Assembly: GCA_052386995.1 (NCBI GenBank)
Contig: JBQTJP010000053.1
Coordinates: 1-49,180, forward strand
Length of the DNA: 49,180 nt
Direction of reading: 5' to 3'
From: Armatimonadota bacterium
GTDB lineage: Bacteria; Sysuimicrobiota; Sysuimicrobiia; Sysuimicrobiales; Humicultoraceae
Made by a program: the position numbers and the translations under genes. Every line of letters begins with the position of its first letter. Within the stretch, counting starts at the first letter, position 1. The notes beneath the pieces were generated by a model that did not search any database, had not been told where the DNA came from, and saw nothing but the letters and a program-made list of their open reading frames with translations. Shown here piece by piece: positions 19,698 through 28,752 of the stretch.

Positions 19698-19996
19698 AGG
19701 CCTCACCTCCGACTCGGGTTTTACCCATGCCGCGACCGGGAAAATGAGAACGCCTTAAGGTCACGTCATGTACGGGCTCATCCTGGGCGCAGGATGCGTG
19801 TGCCTGTCGAAGATGGCGCCGGCAACGCCGGGAAGGGCCGAGCGAGTCGGTGCTCGGCGACCGCAGGGGAACAGCGCCCTAGCCGCGCAGCGCTGCGCGG
19901 GATCCTGAGCCGGGATTCAGCCAGCCCTCGAAGTCCTGCCCGATTAGCGCCCTACTGGGTGTACCGGCATTCTTCCTACTGACCCGGGCAATGGCC

Positions 19997-20002
19997 TATA
20001 AT
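19997..20002 (+). promoter_or_regulatory. Probable sigma-70 -10 element for the Ni/Co transporter gene (short or leaderless transcript)
   Basis: Exact TATAAT in GC-rich intergenic DNA, 5 nt before GTG 20008; no good -35. Confidence 0.5.
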
Positions 20003-20007
20003 GAGGT

Positions 20008-20703
20008 GTGCCCATGCTCTCTACGGTGGCACTTGGCTTCCTCCTGGGGATCAGACACGCGATCGAAGCGGACCACGTCGCCGCGGTCGCCACGATTGTC
20101 AGCGAACAGAGGAGCGTCTGGCGTTCGTCGCTCGCAGGCGCCCTCTGGGGTGCCGGCCATACCCTTTCCCTGCTCATCGCCGGCCTTTTGATCTTGGGCC
20201 TCCACCTGATCGTCCCACGACAGGTGGGCCTCTTCATGGAATTGCTCGTGGGGGTGATGCTGGTCGGGCTGGGGGTGCGGGGCATCTGGCGGGCTCGCCC
20301 TATCACGCTCCACCGCCACGTCCATGCGCACGGGGGCAGCAGCCACGGGCACCTGCACCTCCACATTGGCGGACACGTCGCCCATCGGCATGGCCACGTC
20401 AGGCTGCCACGGCGGTCATTCTGGGTCGGTCTCGTGCACGGACTTGCCGGGAGTGGATCGCTCACGGTGCTGGCGCTGGCGGTCGTCCCGTCTGTGGCGG
20501 CCGGGCTCGCATACATTCTGCTCTTCGGCGTGGGGTCGGTTCTCGGGATGGTGCTGATGAGCACGCTCCTCGGCATGCCCATTGCTCTGGCCGCCGGCAG
20601 GTTCGGCCCCGGCCATCTTCGCCTTCAGCAGGCCGTCGGGGCCATCAGTGTGGCGATCGGGGCGAAGCTGATTTGGGAAATTGTGAAAGCCACGATCGGG
20701 TAG
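20008..20703 (+). CDS. UreH/NiCoT-like nickel/cobalt transporter
   Basis: RHAIEADHVAAV, WGAGHT, His-rich loop (HRHVHAHGGSSHGHLHLH), GLVHGLAGS. Confidence 0.88.
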   Translation: MPMLSTVALGFLLGIRHAIEADHVAAVATIVSEQRSVWRSSLAGALWGAGHTLSLLIAGLLILGLHLIVPRQVGLFMELLVGVMLVGLGVRGIWRARPITLHRHVHAHGGSSHGHLHLHIGGHVAHRHGHVRLPRRSFWVGLVHGLAGSGSLTVLALAVVPSVAAGLAYILLFGVGSVLGMVLMSTLLGMPIALAAGRFGPGHLRLQQAVGAISVAIGAKLIWEIVKATIG

Positions 20704-21767
20704 CAAGACCTCGGCCGGAGCTCGACCGCTTTGTCGACGTCCGCGAACCTCACCGTTTCGATACCGCCGCGCTCGAGTGCTACCTGGCGCAGCACCTGGA
20801 GGGCTTCCGGGGACCGGTGACGGTCCGGCAGTTTGAAGGCGGGCAATCCAACCCAACCTACCATCTCGCCGCCGGTGGCCGGGAGTACGTTCTGCGCCGC
20901 AAGCCACCGGGGAAATTGCTGCCGTCCGCGCACCTGGTCGAGCGCGAATACCGGATCATCGCGGCGCTGGCGCAGACCGATGTCCCGGTCCCGCGCACGC
21001 ACGCGCTGTGTGAAGATCCCGCGGTGATCGGCACGGCGTTCTACATCATGGATTTCATCCCGGGCCGCATCATGAGAGATCCCGCGCTGCCCACTCTGGC
21101 ACCGGACGAGCGCGGCGCCATCTACAGTCACATGATCGACGTGCTGGCCCGGCTGCATCACGTCGACTGGCGCGCGCGGAGCCTGGCAGATTTCGGCCGC
21201 CCCGGCAACTACTTCAGCCGCCAGATCCACCGCTGGACGGAGCAGTATCGCGCGTCAGAGACCGAGACGATTCCGTCCATGGAGCGGCTGATCGCCTGGC
21301 TGCCGGAGCACATCCCCGACGACGATGAGACGACGATCGTGCACGGCGACTACCGGCTCGCCAACCTCATCATCCATCCCTCCGAGCCGCGCGTGGTGGC
21401 GGTGCTCGACTGGGAGCTCTCCACGCTCGGCCATCCCATGGCCGATCTTGCCTACAATTGCATGCCGTACCGGCTACCCGCTGCGTCGTTCGAAGGTCTG
21501 GCAGATGCCGATGTGACGCGCCTGGGGATTCCCTCTGAAGAGGAATACGTCGCCGCGTATTGTCGCCGGGTCGGACGGGCCGGGATTCCTGGCTGGAACT
21601 TCTACCTCGCGTTTGCGATGTTCCGTCTGGCCGCCATTCTGCAGGGGATCATGGGCCGCGTGCGAGCCGGCACGGCCGCCGCAACCGACGCGCGCGCGCG
21701 GGGAGCGCTGGCGAGACCGCTCGCCGATGCGGCGGCAACGATCGTCGCCTCAGGCGCAGCGAACTAG
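20673..21767 (+). CDS. APH-like phosphotransferase (ACAD10/11 N-terminal kinase / LvaA-like); start uncertain
   Basis: QFEGGQSNPTY, LRRKPPGKLLPSAHLVEREY, HGDYRLAN, VLDWELSTLGHP; nearest in-frame start is TTG 20673, overlapping the transporter end. Confidence 0.88.
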   Translation: MGNCESHDRVARPRPELDRFVDVREPHRFDTAALECYLAQHLEGFRGPVTVRQFEGGQSNPTYHLAAGGREYVLRRKPPGKLLPSAHLVEREYRIIAALAQTDVPVPRTHALCEDPAVIGTAFYIMDFIPGRIMRDPALPTLAPDERGAIYSHMIDVLARLHHVDWRARSLADFGRPGNYFSRQIHRWTEQYRASETETIPSMERLIAWLPEHIPDDDETTIVHGDYRLANLIIHPSEPRVVAVLDWELSTLGHPMADLAYNCMPYRLPAASFEGLADADVTRLGIPSEEEYVAAYCRRVGRAGIPGWNFYLAFAMFRLAAILQGIMGRVRAGTAAATDARARGALARPLADAAATIVASGAAN

Positions 21768-21835
21768 ACCTGGCAGGTCCGCGTAGATCTGGTAGCGTTC
21801 GGTCTGCCACGGGTCTCCTGGGAGGTGCGCCGGCC

Positions 21836-22408
21836 GTGGACACGATGTTCACCTTTGCGGTAGGCCTGGGATTGAGCGCGGCGTCTGGCTTTCGCGCGTT
21901 CGTGCCGATGTTGGTGATGAGCCTGGCGGCCCGCGGCGGCCACCTCACGCTCGCACCCGGCATGGAGTGGGTCGCAAGCGACGCGGCGCTCGCGGTCCTC
22001 ACCACCGCGACGGTGGCGGAGATCCTCGCGTACTACGTGCCCTGGCTCGACAACCTGCTGGACACCATCGCCACGCCCACGGCGATCATCGCCGGCACGC
22101 TCATGACCGCCTCCGTCCTCACGGATCTTTCCCCACTCCTCCGGTGGGCGATCGCGGTGATCATCGGCGGAGGGACGGCCGGCATCGTTCAGGGATCGAC
22201 CGTGGCGCTCCGGCTCGCATCCTCGACAATGACGGGAGGGCTGGGCAATCCGATTCTGGCAACCGCCGAGCTGCTCGGCGCGATAACCGTGGCCGCGCTG
22301 GCGATTCTTGCGCCGATAATCGCGCTGGCGATTGTGATTGTGCTGGTCTTCCTGGCTCTCCGCAAGGCCGGACGCCACTGGCGTCGCAGGAGGGCGACAG
22401 CATCTTAG
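21836..22408 (+). CDS. DUF4126 family membrane protein
   Basis: GLGLSAASGFRAFVP, EILAYYVPWLDNLLD, SSTMTGGLGNP; GGAGG at 21821. Confidence 0.85.
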   Translation: MDTMFTFAVGLGLSAASGFRAFVPMLVMSLAARGGHLTLAPGMEWVASDAALAVLTTATVAEILAYYVPWLDNLLDTIATPTAIIAGTLMTASVLTDLSPLLRWAIAVIIGGGTAGIVQGSTVALRLASSTMTGGLGNPILATAELLGAITVAALAILAPIIALAIVIVLVFLALRKAGRHWRRRRATAS

Positions 22409-22411
22409 CGA

Positions 22412-22836
22412 CTACAGCCGCAATCGGGGATCGAAGTAGTCCCGCATCCAGTCCCCAACCGCGTTCACGCCGAGAACCGTCAGCATGATGGCGAGGCCTG
22501 GAAACGTCGCAAGCCACCAGGCGACCTGGAGGTACTCCCTGCCCTCGGCCAGCATGATGCCCCAGGTCGGCGTTGTGGCTTCAACGCCGAGGCCCAGAAA
22601 GATCAGGGCGGCCTCGGACACGATGGTGCTGGCCACCATGAACGTGGCGATAACGATGATCGGCGCCAGGGTATTAGGAAGCACGTGGTGGAAGACGATG
22701 CGCCAGTGGCCCGCGCCAAGCGCCCTGGCCGCCTCGACAAAATCCTTTTCCCGCAACTGGAGAACTTGGCCTCGCACGACCCGCCCGTACGGCACCCAGC
22801 CGGAAACCCCCAGCACCAGGATGATGTTGAGCAGCC
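22412..22836 (-). pseudogene. DppC-type permease, C-terminal half only
   Basis: GLLNIILVLGVSGW...FVEAARALGA...HVLPN...FLGLG...PTWG...DPRLR; 5' half is missing. Confidence 0.85.
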
Positions 22837-23260
22837 CTACTGGCCGAGCAGTGCGGCATTCATGCTGACGTAGTCGGCCAGCGTGTTCCGCCGCGTTGCC
22901 GAGATAATGCCGGCCGGGAAAGCCACGATCAGGGCGACCGCCATGCCCGCGAAGGCCAGCTCAAGAGTGGCCGGGAGCCGCTCGCGGATCAAGTCAAAGT
23001 TGGGGACGCCGTGGTGGAGCGATGTCCCCAGATCGCCGCGCAGCGCTTTCCACACGTAGTCCAGGTACTGGACGGGGACCGGCCGATCGAACCCGAATCG
23101 GTGGCGCAACTGCGCCAGCTGCTCGGCGGACATGCCGCGCGGATCGACGAGTAGGTACACCGGATCGCCGGTGAGGAACAGGCACACCAAAAGCCAGGAT
23201 CGTGACGCCGAGGATGACGACGAAAGCCTGCGCCAGGCGGCGTGCGATGTACTGGGTCAC
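22837..23260 (-). pseudogene. DppB-type permease, N-terminal fragment, frameshifted and truncated
   Basis: MTQYIARRLAQAFVVILGVTILAFG, then a +1 shift near 23181 into LFLTGDPV...GFDRPVPVQY...GDLGTS...RLPATLELA; stops at ALLGQ*. Confidence 0.85.
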
Positions 23261-23348
23261 CCGGACGCCTCTGCCAGGGGGCGCGCAACACCGCGATTGC
23301 CGCCCCCTGTTTCAGATGTGACCGCGGCAACGGCCGGTCGGGAGCGGC

Positions 23349-24236
23349 CTACGGGTTGAACGTCGCCCTGAACAGCCGGATTCGCTCGTTCGGCAACGGC
23401 TTCCAGTTCAGCCGGTTGCTCACTCCGTAGATATCGTACTGGAAGTAGAGGAAGATGTATGGTGCTTCCTCCCGCACAAGGTCCTGCATCCGGTAGAGGA
23501 GCTCGCGGCGCCGTTGTGAATCGAACTCGCTCTGGAGTTGAGTGAACATCCGCTCGAACTCGTCGTTGCGCCAATTCCCATAGTTCGACGAACTGTTCAC
23601 CTCCAGGTCGGAGATGTCGGCCTGCCCCTCGAAGTTCGTCCCCGAGCCGATCAAGTAGAGATCCTCGGCCTTCTTTTGTAGTATCGCGGGTATGTACTGC
23701 GCCCAGTCGATGACACGTACGTCCACGTCGATTCCCACCTGTCTCAGATACGCGCCGATTGCGGTGGTGACGTCGCGGTCCTTAAGGTAGCGGCCGTTGG
23801 GGCCCATCAGCACGAGCCGCAACGGCTGACCGTCGCGCGCCCGGATACCACCAGGGCCGGCCCGCCACCCCATCTCATCGAGGATCTGTCCGGCACGGCG
23901 CTGATCGAACGGGTAGGGTTTGACGTTCGCGTTCTGCCAGGGTGGATTGACGGTCGAGGCGGTACGTGACCCGAAGCCCTTGAGCACACCCTTGGCGATC
24001 GCGTCGACGTCGACCGCGTAGTTAAGCGCCTGACGGAAACGCTTATCGCGCAGCGCCGGGTGGTTGTACTGCGTGATGCCGATAAAGATGCGGCGGCCGC
24101 CTTGAATGGACATGGCCTTTTGAACCCGGTTGACCGGGTCGACCAGGTCGGGCGGGACATTTACGACGATGTTGCCCCGAAGCAACTCGTTGATACGGCT
24201 GGAGGATTCTGGCACGGGCCGGAAGACGAGGGTTTG
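23349..24236 (-). pseudogene. Family 5 ABC substrate-binding protein, C-terminal half of a split gene
   Basis: QTLVFRPVPESSSRINELL...DKRFRQALNYAVD...YPFDQRRA...EEAPYIFLY; same frame as, and complementary to, 25725..26387. Confidence 0.87.
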
Positions 24237-24397
24237 TGGGGTGACTGGAGAAGAAACCAGGAGCATGTGTCTGCAGGAGAATCAGCGAAGCTCCCGGGCC
24301 GGTCGGCAATCCCGCCCGAGGAGTCTCGATCGGCGATGAGTTCTGGGACCTTCGCCGGTCTCTATGGGAGATGCGCGAAGACCAAGGAGGCAACGTC

Positions 24398-25147
24398 GTG
24401 ACGCACCACAAGGTAGGCACTCGTGAGGAGTGGCAAGGCGCGCGCAACGCACTGCTGGAGCGCGAGAAAGAGCTGACGCGCCGCAGCGACGAACTCGCGC
24501 GCGAGCGGCGCGAGCTCCCCTGGGTGCGCGTGGAGAAGGAGTACAGCTTCGAGACCGAGGTCGGGACGAAGACGTTGGCGGAGCTCTTCGACGGGCGCTC
24601 GCAGCTGATCGTCTACCACTTCATGTTCGGCCCGGCCTACGCGGCGGGCTGCCCGGTCTGCTCGTCCGCGGCGGACACCTTCGACGGCGCCGTATCGCAT
24701 CTCAGGGCGCGCGACGCGACGTTCCTCTGCATCTCGCGGGCGCCGCTCGAGAAGCTGCAGGCTTACAAGCGGCGCATGGGGTGGAGCTTCCCGTGGGTCT
24801 CGTCGCAGGGAAGCGACTTCAACTTCGACTTCGGAGCCTCACACACCGAGGAGGAGCTGAGGCCGTTCCTGGAAGGCGACGTCGGACCCACCGTTGCGGA
24901 GCTGGCGGCCGAGTGCGACACCGACCCGGCTGGATACCTGGCGGAGGGGCCCGTCCTGAGCGCCTTCGCGCTCGAGCAGGCGGTCGTCTACCACACGTAC
25001 TCGACCTCCGCGCGTGGCCTCGAATTCATGATGGGCTACTACGGGTTGCTCGACCGGGCGCCGAAGGGACGGAACGAGGGCGACCCGCCGAAGTTCTGGA
25101 TCCGCCGCCACGACGAGTACGAGGACGCCGCCGCGCCGATCGGGTAA
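24398..25147 (+). CDS. DUF899 family thioredoxin-like protein
   Basis: REEW..AR..LL.REKELTR, RRELPWV, ELFDGRSQLIVYHFMFGP, GCPVCS, YKRRMGWSFPWVSS, LDRAPKGRNE; AAGGAGG before GTG 24398. Confidence 0.92.
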   Translation: MTHHKVGTREEWQGARNALLEREKELTRRSDELARERRELPWVRVEKEYSFETEVGTKTLAELFDGRSQLIVYHFMFGPAYAAGCPVCSSAADTFDGAVSHLRARDATFLCISRAPLEKLQAYKRRMGWSFPWVSSQGSDFNFDFGASHTEEELRPFLEGDVGPTVAELAAECDTDPAGYLAEGPVLSAFALEQAVVYHTYSTSARGLEFMMGYYGLLDRAPKGRNEGDPPKFWIRRHDEYEDAAAPIG

Positions 25148-25194
25148 CCCCCGAGGACCTGCCCAACCGCGAAGATCGACCGGAGCGACCTGCG

Positions 25195-25445
25195 GCGGCG
25201 CAAGGACGGGAGGCCATCGAAGAGTTCCTCCGGCCTCCCGTTTCGCACGATCGACAGCGGTGAACTCCTGGTTGCTGCCTATCCGCTCGTGCACCAGTAC
25301 AAGATCGCACTCTACGACGCGCTGTACGTAGCGGTCGCAGATCGTCTCCACCTTCCTTTTGTGCTCGCTGACCAAAGACTCCTTTGAGCGGGTCGGCCAC
25401 TTGCCATACGTCCGCCGGCTTAGCGACTACCGCGTCTCGCAATAG
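25195..25445 (+). pseudogene. VapC/PIN-domain toxin remnant, 5'-truncated with two +1 frameshifts
   Basis: Removing extra Cs near 25230 and 25381 gives GREAIEEFLGLPFRTIDSGELLVAAYPLVHQYKIALYDALYVAVADRLHLPFVLADQRLFERVGHLPYVRRLSDYRVSQ*, containing the PIN YDALY..A...AD motif. Confidence 0.75.
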
Positions 25446-25724
25446 AAAGAGGCTCCGGTCCAGCGAAACTTAGGATACAAAACAAGGGGCGCCGCTGAGC
25501 CCCTCTTTGGCGTAGAGGAGGTCTAACGACCTACACACGCTGCCCTTAAAACGCTGGCTGTGGCCCAGAAGGTTAAACCTGCTGGTTCGAAGCCAGCAGT
25601 TGTATGGTCCAATAACTTAGGTAACTCGTTCGCTTGCGTACTGCCCACTATTAAGAAGGCTCTACCGATAACCAGGTCTACCCTAAGACTTTGATCTGCT
25701 GCTCGTTCCCTTGGGCGCGCGCGA

Positions 25725-26387
25725 GATTCTCGGTCTGGGCCCCCAGTAATTCGGATCGACTTCAAGCACGACCTGTTCGTCTTTGCGCCACTCACGCAGC
25801 ACATACGGGCCTGAGCCGACTGGCCGGGTGGCGACCTGTGCGAGCGGCGTCTCGCTGTAGTACTTTGGCGGGACGATCTCGTACTCGGTCAGGAAGTTCG
25901 GCACGACCGGCGAGGTCACGGTCGTCACGATCTGCACCGTCAGTGGATCGATCACCCTGACTTCGCGAATCTTGAGATTGTTATTGAGGTAGGCGGTATT
26001 CCCGCGGCCGATCTGCGGATTCAGCCCTCGGTCGAAACTGAACTTTACGGCGCTGGCGTCCAGTGGCTCACCGTTGGAGAATCTGAGGTTCGGCCGCAGC
26101 TTGAATTCCCAAATGTGCCAGTCGCTGGCGAGGTTACGGTATGACTCGGCCAGTTTCGGGACGAGGCGCATGTCGTCGTCGAGCTCGACGAGGGTCTCGA
26201 AGATATGGAGCATGATATTGACTTCCGGGAGCGACGAATACTGGTGGGGATCCAGCGTCGTGGCGTCGACGCCCTGCAGCACCACGAGGGTATCAGAGGC
26301 CGGCCCAGCAGGCGCCCGGGTCGCGGCAAGCGGCAGGCCCATCAGCGCGACGACCGCGATGCTCGCTAGCTTGAACCAGATTCTCAT
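25725..26387 (-). pseudogene. Family 5 ABC substrate-binding protein, N-terminal half of a split gene
   Basis: AGGAGGAGG RBS, signal peptide, TLDPH, IFETLV, PKLAES, FSNGEPLDASAVKFSFDR, PVGSGPY, YWG; homology stops at RPRI. Confidence 0.87.
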
Positions 26388-26447
26388 CTCCTACCTCCTC
26401 CTTTGTGGTTCCAGTCATCAAATAACGTCGACATCGGAGTTGGCCCG

Positions 26448-27449
26448 TTACTGAAGTTCTTCCGGCCGGAAAGCGCGGCCGGAAAGCGACGATTCCCGGC
26501 AGGCCAGCGCGGCGGCCAAGCTGCGCAGATGATCTCGGCCGCTGCATGGGACCGGGGCACCTGCCTCCAGCGCCTCGAGCACGGCCTGCGCGTAGAGGCG
26601 CGTGTCGGTCAGAAATGGTTCGACGGCGGCCACGGGAATCGCCTGCAGCGGCCCGTGTGTTGGCCCGGCGACCAAGTCGTCGAAGAGCTGTCGCTGGATC
26701 ACGACCCCATGCTCACAGTCGGTTCGCCAGGCAAACGATCGAATGTTTGATCCGGTGACCCACGACCCCACATAGGTTACAGAGATGCCGCGCGTCATCT
26801 CAAGGAGCGCGGCGACGGTCGCGTCACCCCGGTACATGCTCCCGTTCGGATTGAATGTCATCGCCCGCACGCGCGTAATCTCGGCGTCGTAGGCGAACCG
26901 CAGCAGGTCGAGATGGTGGATGCTCTGTTCCAGCAGCATCGGGTCGACCATCTCCAGCGGGAAACGGTTGATCCCTGGCCTGCGACCATCGCGGTTGATG
27001 TGATAGAGAAAGGTCGCCGACGTGGCCTGGCCCCAACGGCCGTCCATCTGGTCCTTGAGAGCGCGCGTGACGGGAAGAAACCGAAAGTTGAGACAGACGC
27101 TGAGCTGGCGACCGGCCGCTTCCGCCGCCTGGACGATCAGTGCCGCGCGGGCGAATTTGGTCTCCAGCGGCTTCTCGCTGATCACGTGCAAGCCCGCGGC
27201 GAGCAGCGGCAGCACCACGTCTACCCGCTCCATCGGGGGCGTCACCACGACCGCCAGCGACACGTCCGCGTGGACGCTCAGCGCGTCGCCGACGCGTGCA
27301 TAGATGCACACGCCGGGGTATTCGCCGCGCACCCACGCAATCGCCTCCGGCGATGGATCCACGCAGGCCACGACGTCGGCGCCGAGTTCACGAAGCACGC
27401 GCAGCCACATCCGGCCCCTCGCGCCGACGCTGATCTGCAGAACTTTCAT
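26448..27449 (-). CDS. Gfo/Idh/MocA family oxidoreductase
   Basis: N-terminal Rossmann fold (VGARGRMW), VVVTPP, HVISEKP, EQSIHHLDL. Confidence 0.88.
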   Translation of the reverse strand: MKVLQISVGARGRMWLRVLRELGADVVACVDPSPEAIAWVRGEYPGVCIYARVGDALSVHADVSLAVVVTPPMERVDVVLPLLAAGLHVISEKPLETKFARAALIVQAAEAAGRQLSVCLNFRFLPVTRALKDQMDGRWGQATSATFLYHINRDGRRPGINRFPLEMVDPMLLEQSIHHLDLLRFAYDAEITRVRAMTFNPNGSMYRGDATVAALLEMTRGISVTYVGSWVTGSNIRSFAWRTDCEHGVVIQRQLFDDLVAGPTHGPLQAIPVAAVEPFLTDTRLYAQAVLEALEAGAPVPCSGRDHLRSLAAALACRESSLSGRAFRPEELQ

Positions 27450-27507
27450 TCGCTGACGGCGGGAAAGTAAGCCTGCCATGCCGAGGGAGCGTTCTGAAGC
27501 TCGCCCT

Positions 27508-28725
27508 CTAGCGCCCGGACGCATGCTTATTCAGTTCCAGCCGTCCGATCTGACGGCGGTGGACCTCGTCGGGTCCGTCGATCAGTCGTAGCGCACGCGC
27601 CTGCGCCCACGCCGCCGCGAGCCAGAACGCCTGGCTCAAGCCCGCCCCGCCGTGCACCTGGATCGCGCGGTCGAGCACGCGCAGCACCATGTGGGGCACA
27701 GCCACCTTGATTTGTGCGATCTCCGAGCGCGCGGCTTTGTTCCCGGCGGTGTCCATCAGGTACGCGGCCTTGAGGACCAGCAGCCGCGCCTGCTCGATCT
27801 CGATCCTCGACTGGGCGATCCGTTCGATCGTCACGTCGTACTCCGCGATCGGCTTGCCGAAGGCCACGCGCGACGTCGCGCGGTGGCACATCGCCTCCAG
27901 CGCCCGCTCCGCAACGCCGATCTGACGCATGCAGTGGTGAATGCGGCCCGGGCCCAGTCGCCCCTGCGCGATCTCGAATCCGCGGCCCTTGCCCAGCAGC
28001 ATGTTGGAGGCCGGCACGCGGACATCTTCGAACAGGATCTCGCCGTGACCGTGGGGCGCGTCATCGTACCCGAAAACCGTGAGCATCCGCACAACGGTCA
28101 TCCCTGGCGCATCCCGCGGCACGAGGATCATTGACTGCCGCCGGTACGGGTCGGCATGATCCGGATCGGTCTTCCCCATGAAGATGATGATCTTGCACCG
28201 CGGGTCCCCAATGCCGGAGATCCACCACTTACGGCCGTTGAGGATGTATTCGTCCCCGTCGCGAACGATGCTGGCCTCGATGTTGGTGGCGTCCGAGGAG
28301 GCCACCTGCGGCTCGGTCATGGCGAAGGCCGACCGGATCGTGCCGTCGAGCAGCGGCGCCAGCCACTGACGTTTCTGTTCGTCGGTGCCGTAGCGAACCA
28401 GCACCTCCATGTTGCCGGTATCCGGAGCCGAGCAGTTGAACACCTCGGGCGCGATCGGCGAGCGCCCCATGATCTCGCACAGCGGTGCGTATTCAAGGTT
28501 GGTCAGGCCCGCGCCGTGCTCGCTGTCGGGGAGAAAAAGGTTCCAGAGCCCCTGCGATCGGGCCTTGACCTTGAGGTCCTCGATGATCGGCGGCATTTGC
28601 CAGCGGGTCGGCTGGCTGTTCAGCTGGTCGGCGAACGTCTGCTCGTGCGGGTAGATGTGCGCGTCCATGAACGCCTGCAGGCGCTCAATGTACGTCTTCG
28701 TGCGGGGAGAGAACTCAGGGTTCAC
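27508..28725 (-). CDS. Acyl-CoA dehydrogenase (ACAD10/11 C-terminal / FadE2 / LvaC-like)
   Basis: [57 protein letters not shown]. Confidence 0.95.
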   Translation of the reverse strand: MNPEFSPRTKTYIERLQAFMDAHIYPHEQTFADQLNSQPTRWQMPPIIEDLKVKARSQGLWNLFLPDSEHGAGLTNLEYAPLCEIMGRSPIAPEVFNCSAPDTGNMEVLVRYGTDEQKRQWLAPLLDGTIRSAFAMTEPQVASSDATNIEASIVRDGDEYILNGRKWWISGIGDPRCKIIIFMGKTDPDHADPYRRQSMILVPRDAPGMTVVRMLTVFGYDDAPHGHGEILFEDVRVPASNMLLGKGRGFEIAQGRLGPGRIHHCMRQIGVAERALEAMCHRATSRVAFGKPIAEYDVTIERIAQSRIEIEQARLLVLKAAYLMDTAGNKAARSEIAQIKVAVPHMVLRVLDRAIQVHGGAGLSQAFWLAAAWAQARALRLIDGPDEVHRRQIGRLELNKHASGR

Positions 28726-28752
28726 CTGAGGACTCTTCCCGGTGAAGCCTTC

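Larger units (their letters stand above)
24237..25724. mobile_element. Insertion of about 1488 bp interrupting the substrate-binding protein gene; no transposase, terminal inverted repeats or target-site duplication seen
   Basis: Removing it joins ...YWGPRPRI to QTLVFRPVPE... in frame, giving a protein of about 516 aa. Junctions are inferred from protein homology and may be off by a few bases. Confidence 0.6.

Noticed and set aside
19779..19796. CATCCTG-ggcg-CAGGATG palindrome upstream of hsp20 as a CIRCE or HAIR operator
   Set aside because: Matches neither consensus; a single 7-bp inverted repeat is too weak to call.
25579..25599. tRNA or tmRNA suggested by the GGTTCGAAGCC T-arm-like hairpin
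   Set aside because: Could not build an acceptor stem, D-arm, anticodon arm, CCA end or tag reading frame around it.
25521..25602. Integron attC site (GTCTAAC matches RYYYAAC)
   Set aside because: No matching GTTRRRY end with extended complementarity, no cassette array and no integrase.
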